The notes beneath the pieces are model-generated. The model ran no database searches. It worked only from the letters and a program-made list of their open reading frames with translations, and had not been told where the DNA came from. From an uncultured Candidatus Saccharibacteria bacterium (GTDB lineage Bacteria > Patescibacteriota > UBA1384 > CAILIB01 > JAUSJZ01), in assembly GCA_964421635.1 (NCBI GenBank), contig CAYQWZ010000001.1, positions 71,267 through 135,266 of the forward strand: a stretch of 64,000 nt of DNA. The letters are read 5' to 3'. How positions within the stretch are numbered: the stretch's first letter is position 1; the number at the start of each line of letters is the position of its first letter. A program made the position numbers and the translations under genes. Shown here piece by piece: positions 38,840-47,716 of this stretch.

Positions 38840-41623
38840 TTAGAAACCACTATTAGCCCCAACTTGCGCTTCAGCCAAGTTTTGGGCCTCAGCTTCCGCT
38901 TCTTCTATCTTTTCCGGAGTAATGTGAACGCCTGAATACCTGTGGTCAAAACCGTCCTCGGGAACATTCATTTCAAACGGTTCCTCAACAGGCTCTACAC
39001 CTGTTGGAACAGCCGCTTGAGCAGCCTCTGAACTCTCTGACATAATGTCAGGCTCCACCACACCGCCAGCCACCTGAGCTTCATCTGTTGTTAACGAAGT
39101 GTTCCCCGCAGTCATTTCTGGCTCATCAAGCTCATTGCCTCCAATAGTGACATCGCTGTCTTCGCTATACAGCGCATGCTCAGTAACAGACAAATCTGAA
39201 TCAACAGACTCGGGTATATCAACCTCATTAATAGAAGGATTATCAACTTCAGGAATTTCTCCATCTGCGACAGTTGTGTCACTATCAAATAAATTTGTTT
39301 CAACACTAGCCGCACTATCACTATCTAAATCAATTGATTCACTGCCCTCACCAACAACATTTCCAGCTGTTTCATGGGCATCCACAACAGCCGAATTCTC
39401 TGAATTTTTAATTCCAAACAATTCATTTATAAATCCGTCATTTTGGGTTGGAGGTGCATCTGCAGCATCAGGCACGGCTGGTGGCTCAACAGCATCAGAC
39501 ACAGTAGAATCTTCTGCGGCTTCACGAGCAACGGCTTCAGCAGCATCACGAGCTTCATTAGCAGCACTTTTAATAGCCCGTACAATTTCGGCTCTTTGCT
39601 CAAATGCATTTCTCACACTAATTCCGTGACCAGTACAATTTTCATTTAAGAATAATTGCACTTTTGCATTCAAAGTCTGAGATAGTTCACTGACTACCTG
39701 AACCTGACCAGAATCGTCAACACTCCAGCTATCAGCCAGATGAGTTCCAGCATTTTTTACACTCTCTACAAAACTAGTTCTTAAAGTATCTAATGCTCCG
39801 CTCATATCTGATCCTTCTGGTAAATCTACATCTGACAAACCAGCTTTTGCCAAAACTTCACCGACACGATATTCAACGAATCCTCCTCCTCCAAAAACTT
39901 TCTCAATAGCTGAGTTCATAGCAGTTTGAGTAACATTATCAGCGTTAAAAATTATAGTTCCTGATCCTTCGTGGATAGTACCGATATTCGAACCAAACCC
40001 ATTCACATGAGCGGCTAAATTGTGTATATCAATATCACCGGCATTATTAATAATGTCAGCATCTACTACTCCATGTTCATGAAGGATTGCCTCTGCTAGA
40101 TGAGCACGCAATGAGTGGGCAGCATAATCAACATCTTCCAAAGATGTGTCTGAACCAGTCAACTCTCTGAATTCAGAATTCAGTTGCTCAAGCTGGTGAA
40201 CTAATCCAGCATCGTGACCTTTTAATTGCAACTGTGCAATAATTTCTCTTGATCGCTCAATACAGCTATTAACGCTGTTAACATTTTCCGCTGCAACTTC
40301 AATATCTAGTTGCTCAAACACTGTTTGGTGAATATTCTCAGGCGTACCTAATGTAGACGCTGATTGCTCATATAATTCGTGAACATGCTGGCGAACTTTT
40401 TCAACTTGAGCTGCAGTATAACCCATCGCAGGTACCGGTGCAGCAGGCGCATCTGTTACTGTATCATGATCAGCTCTTAGAGCTGCTAGATACCCACCAC
40501 CAATTGCAGCACCTAAAACTCCAATTCCAATAGAAATCCATGTCTTTGTACTTCGTCTTCGTCTGGCAAAATTGATTTCACTTTGCATAGCAACTATAGC
40601 GTCCTCCTCAGACAATCCACTATCAATTAACACCCTAAACAAAAGTCTCTGATAAGTTTTTTCATCTTGCTCCGACATTGACTGACCTCGCCTCTGCAAT
40701 CTAGTAGAGTAAAGGTGGGCATCAGCTAGTTTTCGTCTTGCTTCCCCAACACTCATATTTGGTAAATTTTCACCTTGCGTTTCATCATCTGCACCTTCTT
40801 CAACACTTTCTGTATTACCAAATATATCCTCACTAGACAATAAGAACTCTTCTTCTCTTAACTGACGAGCTTTTACTAATCTAGCAAAAGGATGCCAAAC
40901 CGAAACATCATTACCTTTACCTGAACCTAAATTTCTGATTAAAGCCCCAAATCTTTGTAAGCCGTTTCCCTTATAAGCCCAACTTCTAGCAGTTATCTTT
41001 TCTACAGTAGTTTTAGCCGACAGAAAACCAAAAAGTCCTCCAACAAATCCTCCCGCACCGCCAAGCATAGCGGCTCTTTTAATTTCCCTTCTGGTAATAA
41101 AACTAACTGCCGCTCCTGTTACCCCACCAATAATGGTATGAGTAGCTCCAAAAAGACCTAAGCTAAGAATTTTTTTAATTCCGAAATTAGTTCTGTGTAT
41201 AATATCCTCGACTCTTTCTAATAAGTTTGGATCAGTAATTTCCTTTACAGCATCAATAGCAATATCTTCTAAAATTGTCGCCATTACTTCTGCTTGTTCA
41301 GCGTCTATTTCTATATCTGTGACATCTTCACAGTTAGCAATTATTTCTCTTACTTGAACCAACTGCTCTGTTTCATCATAAGAAAATTCACCCATTCCAG
41401 TAACTCTTTCAATGGTTAATTGAAATTGCCCCTCAGCAACAGGTTCTATAGAATCTTCAATAGTTGGTACTGTAAGCGCAGACGCAACTACTGGCTCATC
41501 CTGCACAATATAATCTCCGGATTCATCAAAACCAGCTACAAAATTAGCACCAGGAATTAATAGCTCACCAGTTGGGCCAACTATTGGCTCACCGCCACCA
41601 AATTCAGGACTTTGAGATGTCAT
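38840..41623 (-). CDS. Large (927 aa) acidic protein with central glycine-zipper/TM segments and a long disordered D/E-rich C-terminus.
   Basis: 'LGLFGATHTIIGGVTGAAV', 'AAMLGGAGGFVGGLFGFLSA' and 'ISIGIGVLGAAIGGGYLAAL'. No N-terminal signal peptide. Translationally coupled to the upstream 90-aa ORF. Confidence 0.45.
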   Translation of the reverse strand: MTSQSPEFGGGEPIVGPTGELLIPGANFVAGFDESGDYIVQDEPVVASALTVPTIEDSIEPVAEGQFQLTIERVTGMGEFSYDETEQLVQVREIIANCEDVTDIEIDAEQAEVMATILEDIAIDAVKEITDPNLLERVEDIIHRTNFGIKKILSLGLFGATHTIIGGVTGAAVSFITRREIKRAAMLGGAGGFVGGLFGFLSAKTTVEKITARSWAYKGNGLQRFGALIRNLGSGKGNDVSVWHPFARLVKARQLREEEFLLSSEDIFGNTESVEEGADDETQGENLPNMSVGEARRKLADAHLYSTRLQRRGQSMSEQDEKTYQRLLFRVLIDSGLSEEDAIVAMQSEINFARRRRSTKTWISIGIGVLGAAIGGGYLAALRADHDTVTDAPAAPVPAMGYTAAQVEKVRQHVHELYEQSASTLGTPENIHQTVFEQLDIEVAAENVNSVNSCIERSREIIAQLQLKGHDAGLVHQLEQLNSEFRELTGSDTSLEDVDYAAHSLRAHLAEAILHEHGVVDADIINNAGDIDIHNLAAHVNGFGSNIGTIHEGSGTIIFNADNVTQTAMNSAIEKVFGGGGFVEYRVGEVLAKAGLSDVDLPEGSDMSGALDTLRTSFVESVKNAGTHLADSWSVDDSGQVQVVSELSQTLNAKVQLFLNENCTGHGISVRNAFEQRAEIVRAIKSAANEARDAAEAVAREAAEDSTVSDAVEPPAVPDAADAPPTQNDGFINELFGIKNSENSAVVDAHETAGNVVGEGSESIDLDSDSAASVETNLFDSDTTVADGEIPEVDNPSINEVDIPESVDSDLSVTEHALYSEDSDVTIGGNELDEPEMTAGNTSLTTDEAQVAGGVVEPDIMSESSEAAQAAVPTGVEPVEEPFEMNVPEDGFDHRYSGVHITPEKIEEAEAEAQNLAEAQVGANSGF

Positions 41624-41625
41624 AA

Positions 41626-41898
41626 TTAAGCTATAGCTTTATTTAATTTTTCTTGAGCTTCGCGCAAAACTTCCAATTCTACATCTTTATAAACGGCAAT
41701 AATGTCAATCTCCCACTTATTTTCGAAATCAATTAAAGATTCAGAATCAAACTTGTTCTCCAACACATTCAGAAAATCAGCCAAAGCGTCTTGGCCAAAA
41801 TTATTCTGAATATATACAAAAACACGAGCTTCTACCGCTCGCTCAAATGCACCCCTAATTTTTTTATCTTCAATTTTCATAATAATATTTTCGATCAA
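41626..41898 (-). CDS. Small acidic cytoplasmic protein (90 aa), a possible chaperone or partner of the 927-aa protein.
   Basis: Its stop lies 2 nt before the start of the next gene. No TM. Confidence 0.35.
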   Translation of the reverse strand: MIENIIMKIEDKKIRGAFERAVEARVFVYIQNNFGQDALADFLNVLENKFDSESLIDFENKWEIDIIAVYKDVELEVLREAQEKLNKAIA

Positions 41899-42057
41899 AT
41901 ATCTAGCCAGAGGCGAGGCCTGATAACAGAAACAACATCACTCTGCGCTAAGCGCATTTAACGATATTGCCGTTGAGGATCTGTTATACAATAATCCGCC
42001 ACCTCCAGCCAGGTATTTGACCAAAACTTGTCATGTAATTATCGAAGAAATCATAGC

Positions 42058-42090
42058 AAAATAAAGGGGTTTTGTCAACCCCAAAGCGAA
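42058..42090 (-). terminator. Rho-independent terminator after the Doc-family gene.
   Basis: Minus-strand ggggtt-gacaa-aacccc followed by TTTATTTTG. Confidence 0.5.
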
Positions 42091-42099
42091 CTATCGCAT

Positions 42100-42711
42100 C
42101 TATTTCTTAGATCTTTTTTTACCTATTCTTATAGCTCTTCGTCTATGCTTGTTTTTTTGTTTTTTCTCTTTGGGCTGGTTTTGATTTTTTTGTCGACGAC
42201 GGCGAATCCAGTATACCGGAGTAATTAAGCCCAAAGCCCACCAAATGCGTCGAAATATTCCCGCATTTTTAATCTTGCTCTTCTTCTTTACATTCTTATC
42301 TAACCAGCTGGTAATTTTTTGTAGTATCTCATTTCGCTCATCGGCTCTAGATTTTGCAATCCTTACTGCCCAAACATAAATTCCTCTTTGTTCGCTATCT
42401 AGCCAATGGTTGTTTAAATATAAAAATACTAAAAGCGCGGTGGTGGCAATTCTTTTGTTGCCATTAGAAAAAGGATGGTTCTTAATCAACGCATAAAACA
42501 TAACGGCGGCCTTAGCAGCCAATGTAGGATAAAGTTCTTTGCGACCAAATGTGGCTCGCGGTAGTGATAAGGCTGAATCTAAAAGAGCTGGTATATGCTT
42601 GTCAAAGGTGGGAATTGGTTCATTATATTCAGAAAAATAAGATTTAGCTAAACGGTGCGTCACCTCTTGCATTAGCTCTGAGGTGAGATAAACAGTTCGA
42701 CGGGCCATCAC
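42100..42711 (-). CDS. Doc/Fic-family toxin (Fic motif HPFSNGNKR) with a C-terminal TM helix and polybasic tail.
   Basis: 'HPFSNGNKRIATTALLVFL' matches the Doc HxFx(D/N)GNKR motif. C-terminal 'IWWALGLITPVYWI' plus 'RRRRQKNQNQPKEKKQKNKHRRRAIRIGKKRSKK'. Confidence 0.7.
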   Translation of the reverse strand: MMARRTVYLTSELMQEVTHRLAKSYFSEYNEPIPTFDKHIPALLDSALSLPRATFGRKELYPTLAAKAAVMFYALIKNHPFSNGNKRIATTALLVFLYLNNHWLDSEQRGIYVWAVRIAKSRADERNEILQKITSWLDKNVKKKSKIKNAGIFRRIWWALGLITPVYWIRRRRQKNQNQPKEKKQKNKHRRRAIRIGKKRSKK

Positions 42712-42857
42712 TCATCTCCTAATTTCTTCAAGACATCACCATACTCATGGACAATTTTGTCTACCACTGTCTCAATTTTACGCTCCATCTTTTTTGAAAG
42801 CTTTCTGTTCTGCTTCTTCTTCTTGGCTATAATTTTTCTTTTTTTCTTTCTACGCAT
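42708..42857 (-). CDS. Candidate small antitoxin-like ORF (about 50 aa, highly basic N-terminus) coupled to the Doc gene.
   Basis: Its stop TGA overlaps the Doc ATG (TGATG). The product reads 'MRRKKKRKIIAKKKKQNRKLSKKMERKIETVVDKIVHEYGDVLKKLGDE'. It is below the ORF-track size cut-off. Confidence 0.3.
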   Translation of the reverse strand: MRRKKKRKIIAKKKKQNRKLSKKMERKIETVVDKIVHEYGDVLKKLGDE

Positions 42858-42861
42858 TGCA

Positions 42862-44070
42862 TTAATTTAAAAACGCAAACAATTCATTATTTAAATATTT
42901 TATAGTTTTTACCTTGTTCGCTTCACACACTTCATTATTAAGATACTCGTGTAATGCCGCCAAAGCCTTGGGTAAATTCAAATCACTCGCCACTTCTTCT
43001 TTAATTTTTTGCACTACTGCTTTATTGATTTCGCCCTTTCCTTCAGATTTGTCAGCAGCCAATATTTCTTCTAATTTCTTTCTGCCACTCTTTGCAGCTT
43101 CTAATGCTTGCCAAGTAAAGTTCTGTTTTTTTCTGTAATGTGTTTGGCAAATTAAATATCTGTAATCTAGAGGTGAGAAATTTTTCTTTTTCAAATCTTG
43201 CAGTGTGTAGGCATTTCCCTGACTCTTCCCCATTCGCTTACCATCTACTAACAGATGCTCAATGTGCATCCAAATGTCTACGAACTTCTTGCCCGTAGCA
43301 GCTTCGCTTTGTGCCAGCTCATTTTGATGATGCGGAGATAATAAATCAATTCCTCCTAAATGAAGGTTAACCGTCTTCCCACTCGTTAATTTCATAGCCA
43401 TTACTGAACATTCAATGTGCCAGCCAGGAAATCCTTTACCTTCAATTCCTAAAGGATTCTCCCATTCCATATCTCGCTTCTCACCCTTTGGAGAGAATTT
43501 CCATAAAGCAAAATCTGTAGCGTTCTTCTTCTCTTCATTCTTTTCAACCCTAGCTCCCTCTTTAATGCCAGCCAAATCTAGATTCGATAGCTCGCCATAT
43601 TTATTAAACTGCTTCGTATTAAAATAAATTCCGTCCGATGTTTGATATGTAAACTCTTTCTCTGCCAGCTGCTCAATAAGTTTTTTCATTTCCTCAACAC
43701 AATCCGTCGCCCGATAAATCTTATCTGGATTTTGTATGTTCAGCTTCTTCATATCAATCTCAAACTTCTTTATATTCTCGTTGGCTACTTCTATGGCCGA
43801 TTTTCTTTCCAACTTGGCCTGCTTGGCAATTTTGTCTTCTCCCGTATCTGCATCTGAGGTTAAGTGCCCAACATCTGTATAATTCATTCCCCAAACTACC
43901 TCTTGCCCACCAAAGCGCAACGCCCTCACCAAAAAGTCATACATTAAGAATGTTCGCCAATTGCCTAATGTAGCTTCGTTATATACTGTTGGGCCGCAAC
44001 TATATACTGAAAGCTCTTTTACTTTTGGCATATCCTCATTCGTTTTTGAGGCAGTGTTATATATTTTCAT
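42862..44070 (-). CDS. cysS: Cysteinyl-tRNA synthetase-like class I aaRS (short, with a degenerate HIGH motif).
   Basis: 'CGPTVYN', 'GWHIECS', 'SPHHQNELAQS' and 'GKRMGKSQGN' align to CysS. HIGH is replaced by 'TLGNW'. Confidence 0.65.
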   Translation of the reverse strand: MKIYNTASKTNEDMPKVKELSVYSCGPTVYNEATLGNWRTFLMYDFLVRALRFGGQEVVWGMNYTDVGHLTSDADTGEDKIAKQAKLERKSAIEVANENIKKFEIDMKKLNIQNPDKIYRATDCVEEMKKLIEQLAEKEFTYQTSDGIYFNTKQFNKYGELSNLDLAGIKEGARVEKNEEKKNATDFALWKFSPKGEKRDMEWENPLGIEGKGFPGWHIECSVMAMKLTSGKTVNLHLGGIDLLSPHHQNELAQSEAATGKKFVDIWMHIEHLLVDGKRMGKSQGNAYTLQDLKKKNFSPLDYRYLICQTHYRKKQNFTWQALEAAKSGRKKLEEILAADKSEGKGEINKAVVQKIKEEVASDLNLPKALAALHEYLNNEVCEANKVKTIKYLNNELFAFLN

Positions 44071-44678
44071 TAAAATTCTTTTCTTCCTTCTAGGGCGCGT
44101 ATCAAGGTTGTCGGATCAGCGTACTCGACATCACTCCCCATGGGTAATCCTCTAGCAATTTGGGTAACCACCACTTTGGCATTCACTTTGTTAATTTCAG
44201 ATTTGAGATAATCGGCTGTTGCTTCTCCCTCTAAAGAAGGATTCATAGCCAGAATCACTTCCGCCTCAGTCAAATTGGTCAGCCTGTTTAATAATTGTAC
44301 TATTCGTAACTGCTCAGGGCCAACCCCGTCTATTGGTGACAAAATTCCTCCCAATACATGATATGTTCCATTATATGAGTTTGAGCGCTCAAAAGCTACT
44401 ACATCAAGGGAACTCTCAACTACACATATCTGATTATTATTTCTACTTTCACTCTGACAGATTGGGCAAAGCTCCGCATCTGCAATTAAACCGCAACCAC
44501 TACACTGCCGCAGTGATTCCGTTATTCCTTCAATAGCACTGGTGATTTGTTTGATATCATCAGTCCCCTTCTGTAATAAATAAAAAGCCAACCGAGAGGC
44601 CATTTTAGGGCCAACACCTGGCAGCTTAGACAAAACCTCAATCAGCTCATTTACTGAACTTGGTAATATTGAACTCAC
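44070..44678 (-). CDS. recR: Recombination protein RecR.
   Basis: 'LPGVGPKMASRLAFYLL' HhH motif, 'CSGCGLIADAELCPIC' zinc finger and a Toprim C-terminus. Confidence 0.9.
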   Translation of the reverse strand: MSSILPSSVNELIEVLSKLPGVGPKMASRLAFYLLQKGTDDIKQITSAIEGITESLRQCSGCGLIADAELCPICQSESRNNNQICVVESSLDVVAFERSNSYNGTYHVLGGILSPIDGVGPEQLRIVQLLNRLTNLTEAEVILAMNPSLEGEATADYLKSEINKVNAKVVVTQIARGLPMGSDVEYADPTTLIRALEGRKEF

Positions 44679-44710
44679 AAACTTACTTTAGCAAAAAGAG
44701 ATGAAAGAGC

Positions 44711-46873
44711 TTAATCTTCGTCTTTGTTTTTCTGTTTCTGTTTTTGTTCTATTAAAGCGATATCTGCTTTGGTTTGTTCTAAATGCGGGGTAGCAACCGG
44801 CTTTACTTCAATTTTCTCTTCTCTGTCTTTAGCCGCAGTTTTTCCCTTTCCTTTACCTTTTCCTTTACCGTAAGTTTTACCACTAGCCAAATCAGCCAGC
44901 TTCTTATCTAAAGATTTCTGGTCTAACCCCCAAAGAGCAAAATCACATTTAGGATATCCTTCACAACCAAAGAAGGTTTTTCCACGACGAGTTCTTTTAG
45001 CCACTAATTTTTTGCCGCAGATAGGACAGGTGACATCTACTTTATCAGCGATGTTTTCAGTATGTTTACAGTCTGGGAAACCGGTACAAGCCTTAAACTT
45101 ACCAAACCGACCATGCTTAATAATAATTGGTTTACCACATTTAGGGCATTTTTCATCTGTCTCTTCATCAGAAACGACTTTTTCAATCTCATCAGTTTTT
45201 TTAGCTACTAACTTAGAGAATGGACCATAAAAGTCTCCTATAATTTTTTGCCACTTTTTATTCCCCTCAGCCACTTCATCTAAATCTTCTTCCATTTTGG
45301 CAGTGAACTCTACATCAACAATATTTGGAAAATGCTCTGCTAAAAGCTCAATAACTTTAAAACCAATATCTTGTGGCACCAACGCTTTTCCTTCTCTTAT
45401 AATATAGTTTCTATTATAGAGTGTAGAAATAGTTGGAGCATAGGTAGATGGACGACCAACGCCAGACTCTTCTAAAATTTTAATTAAGGATGCTTCATTA
45501 AAACGAGCGGGCGGTTCAGTTTCATGCTCTTGTGCATTAATGTCTTTTAAGTCAACTTTATCGCCTTTTTTCAATATCGGCAGCATTACTTCATTGGTGG
45601 TTTTACCTAAAGCCCTAAAGTGACCCTCGAATAGTAATCTTAATCCGTTAGCTTTCAATAAATGTTTATCAGCCAAAATTGAAACAGATGTTTTTTTAAC
45701 TTTTGCTGGTTTCATTTGTGAAGCCACGGCTCGACGCCAAATTAAATCGTACAGTCGACCTTCGTCTTTGCCAATTTTTGAAGCCACAGTTTCGGGCAAG
45801 GTACGAACATGAGTCGGTCTAATTGCTTCATGCGCTTCTTGAGCAGATCTTTTAGATTTATAAGCATTGGCCTGTTCTGGCACAAATTCATCGCCATACT
45901 CTTTCTGAATAACTGCTCTAATTTCTTGCACTGCTGAGGTAGCTAAGTTATGTGAATCGGTTCTCATATAAGTAATGTGCCCAGATTCATATAGTTTCTG
46001 AGCACCTACCATTGTTTTTTTAGCAGAAAAGCCTAAGGCATTGGCTGCGGTTTGCTGCAGTGTAGAAGTGATAAATGGTGGTTTAGGATGACGGAATTGA
46101 TCTTGCTCATCAACATCGTCAACTATCAATTTAGCTTTTTTAATCTGTTCGAGCGTTTTCTCACTAACTTCTACTTTTTCTATAAAGTGCTCATCTTTTT
46201 TATATTTTTGTTTTTTTTCTCCAGCATACTTGGCGATAAATTCTTTTTTGGCTTTTTCAATAGTTGCTTCAATTAACCAATATTTTTTTGATTTGAAAGC
46301 TTTTCGTTCATTCTCTCTATCTACAATAAATTTCAAAGCCACAGATTGAACTCGGCCAGCTGATAACCCTTTAAACAATTTCTGCCATAAAAGGGGCGAT
46401 AAAGTGTAGCCAACCAAGCGGTCTAGTACTCGACGAGCTTGCTGGGCATCAATTTTCTTTTCATCTAAATCTGTTGGTACTTTAATGGCTTCTAAAATAG
46501 CCGGCTTAGTAATTTCGTGAAAAGTGATTCTTTTTATTTCTGCTTTATTATTATCGGCCTTGAGAACTTCACTGACATGCCAAGCAATTGCTTCTCCTTC
46601 GCGGTCGGGGTCAGTAGCTAGCCAAATAGTCTTGACACCCTTTGCCTCTTTTTTCAGCGCAGTAACATTCTTTGAGTTTTTACGCGGAACAATATATTCA
46701 GGTTCAAAATTTTTCTCAACATTAACACCTAATTTTGACTTAGGTAAATCTCTGACATGACCATAGCTGGCTACAACTTTATAATCTGACCCTAAATAAT
46801 TTTCAATAGTTCCTGCTTTCGATGGAGACTCAACAACAACTAGATTTTCTTTTTTACTCATATAACATAACAA
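44711..46873 (-). CDS. topA: DNA topoisomerase I.
   Basis: Toprim 'LVVVESPSKAGTI' and a C-terminal array of C4 zinc ribbons. Confidence 0.9.
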   Translation of the reverse strand: MLCYMSKKENLVVVESPSKAGTIENYLGSDYKVVASYGHVRDLPKSKLGVNVEKNFEPEYIVPRKNSKNVTALKKEAKGVKTIWLATDPDREGEAIAWHVSEVLKADNNKAEIKRITFHEITKPAILEAIKVPTDLDEKKIDAQQARRVLDRLVGYTLSPLLWQKLFKGLSAGRVQSVALKFIVDRENERKAFKSKKYWLIEATIEKAKKEFIAKYAGEKKQKYKKDEHFIEKVEVSEKTLEQIKKAKLIVDDVDEQDQFRHPKPPFITSTLQQTAANALGFSAKKTMVGAQKLYESGHITYMRTDSHNLATSAVQEIRAVIQKEYGDEFVPEQANAYKSKRSAQEAHEAIRPTHVRTLPETVASKIGKDEGRLYDLIWRRAVASQMKPAKVKKTSVSILADKHLLKANGLRLLFEGHFRALGKTTNEVMLPILKKGDKVDLKDINAQEHETEPPARFNEASLIKILEESGVGRPSTYAPTISTLYNRNYIIREGKALVPQDIGFKVIELLAEHFPNIVDVEFTAKMEEDLDEVAEGNKKWQKIIGDFYGPFSKLVAKKTDEIEKVVSDEETDEKCPKCGKPIIIKHGRFGKFKACTGFPDCKHTENIADKVDVTCPICGKKLVAKRTRRGKTFFGCEGYPKCDFALWGLDQKSLDKKLADLASGKTYGKGKGKGKGKTAAKDREEKIEVKPVATPHLEQTKADIALIEQKQKQKNKDED

Positions 46874-46894
46874 TTATTAACAAATAGTTTGACG

Positions 46895-47716
46895 CTAGAC
46901 AAGAAAAATTTTTCCCGTCTCGTCTCGTTGTAAGATTTTATCTGCCTCTGCTTCTAAAATGAGAGAGGCGAAATCACCAACGCTAATGTTTAGCTTATCA
47001 AGAATATTGGTTGGCTCAAACTCACCTGTTTTTAATACTTCAATTAATAATTTGTATCTTTCATCATTTTTTTTAATTTTTGTATCAAGATTCAGCAATC
47101 CTAAAATATCATCAGGATGCAGAATAACTTGTGCTCCAGTGCTTAATAATTTGTTCGTTAATTCATGTTTCTGACTGTATATTTCGGCCGGCACCGTAGC
47201 AACAATTTTATTTAAATCGACCGCCTGTTTAAGTGTATTATGTGTACCAGATTTAAAAGCCGCTTCGGGCGCAAAAACCACATCTGCTGCGGCCGCTAAA
47301 AGTCTGTTTCTTAATAAAAATAAATTCTTATAAATATGCTTTACATTTTTATGCTCCGAAATTAGCGCTCCCTTCTTTTGCACTAACATATAGGATATAA
47401 AATTTTTATGGGCAGTAGGCTGAATATTGTTAATTCCTGTCGGACAAATACACAAAACTTTTCCACCGTTATGAACGGCTGTCTTTAGAGCTAGTATATC
47501 TATGCCATAGGCCAAGCCAGACACAACTGTACAGTAAGGTGCCACCGCTGCAATAAACTGAGTTATGACGCTTACAGAGTAATTCGTGGGCTTTCTAGGA
47601 CCAACCACAGTTAAATATGGACCAGCAGCTAGGCTGCCTTCTATATATAGATGCTTTAAGATTGGGTCAACCTCTAAAAACCGATCTAAAAAATATTTAT
47701 TATTTAGCTCTTCCAC
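46895..47716 (-). CDS. dprA: DNA processing protein DprA (Smf).
   Basis: 'TVVGPRKPTNYSV...VSGLAYGID' Rossmann-fold DprA motif. Confidence 0.75.
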   Translation of the reverse strand: MEELNNKYFLDRFLEVDPILKHLYIEGSLAAGPYLTVVGPRKPTNYSVSVITQFIAAVAPYCTVVSGLAYGIDILALKTAVHNGGKVLCICPTGINNIQPTAHKNFISYMLVQKKGALISEHKNVKHIYKNLFLLRNRLLAAAADVVFAPEAAFKSGTHNTLKQAVDLNKIVATVPAEIYSQKHELTNKLLSTGAQVILHPDDILGLLNLDTKIKKNDERYKLLIEVLKTGEFEPTNILDKLNISVGDFASLILEAEADKILQRDETGKIFLV

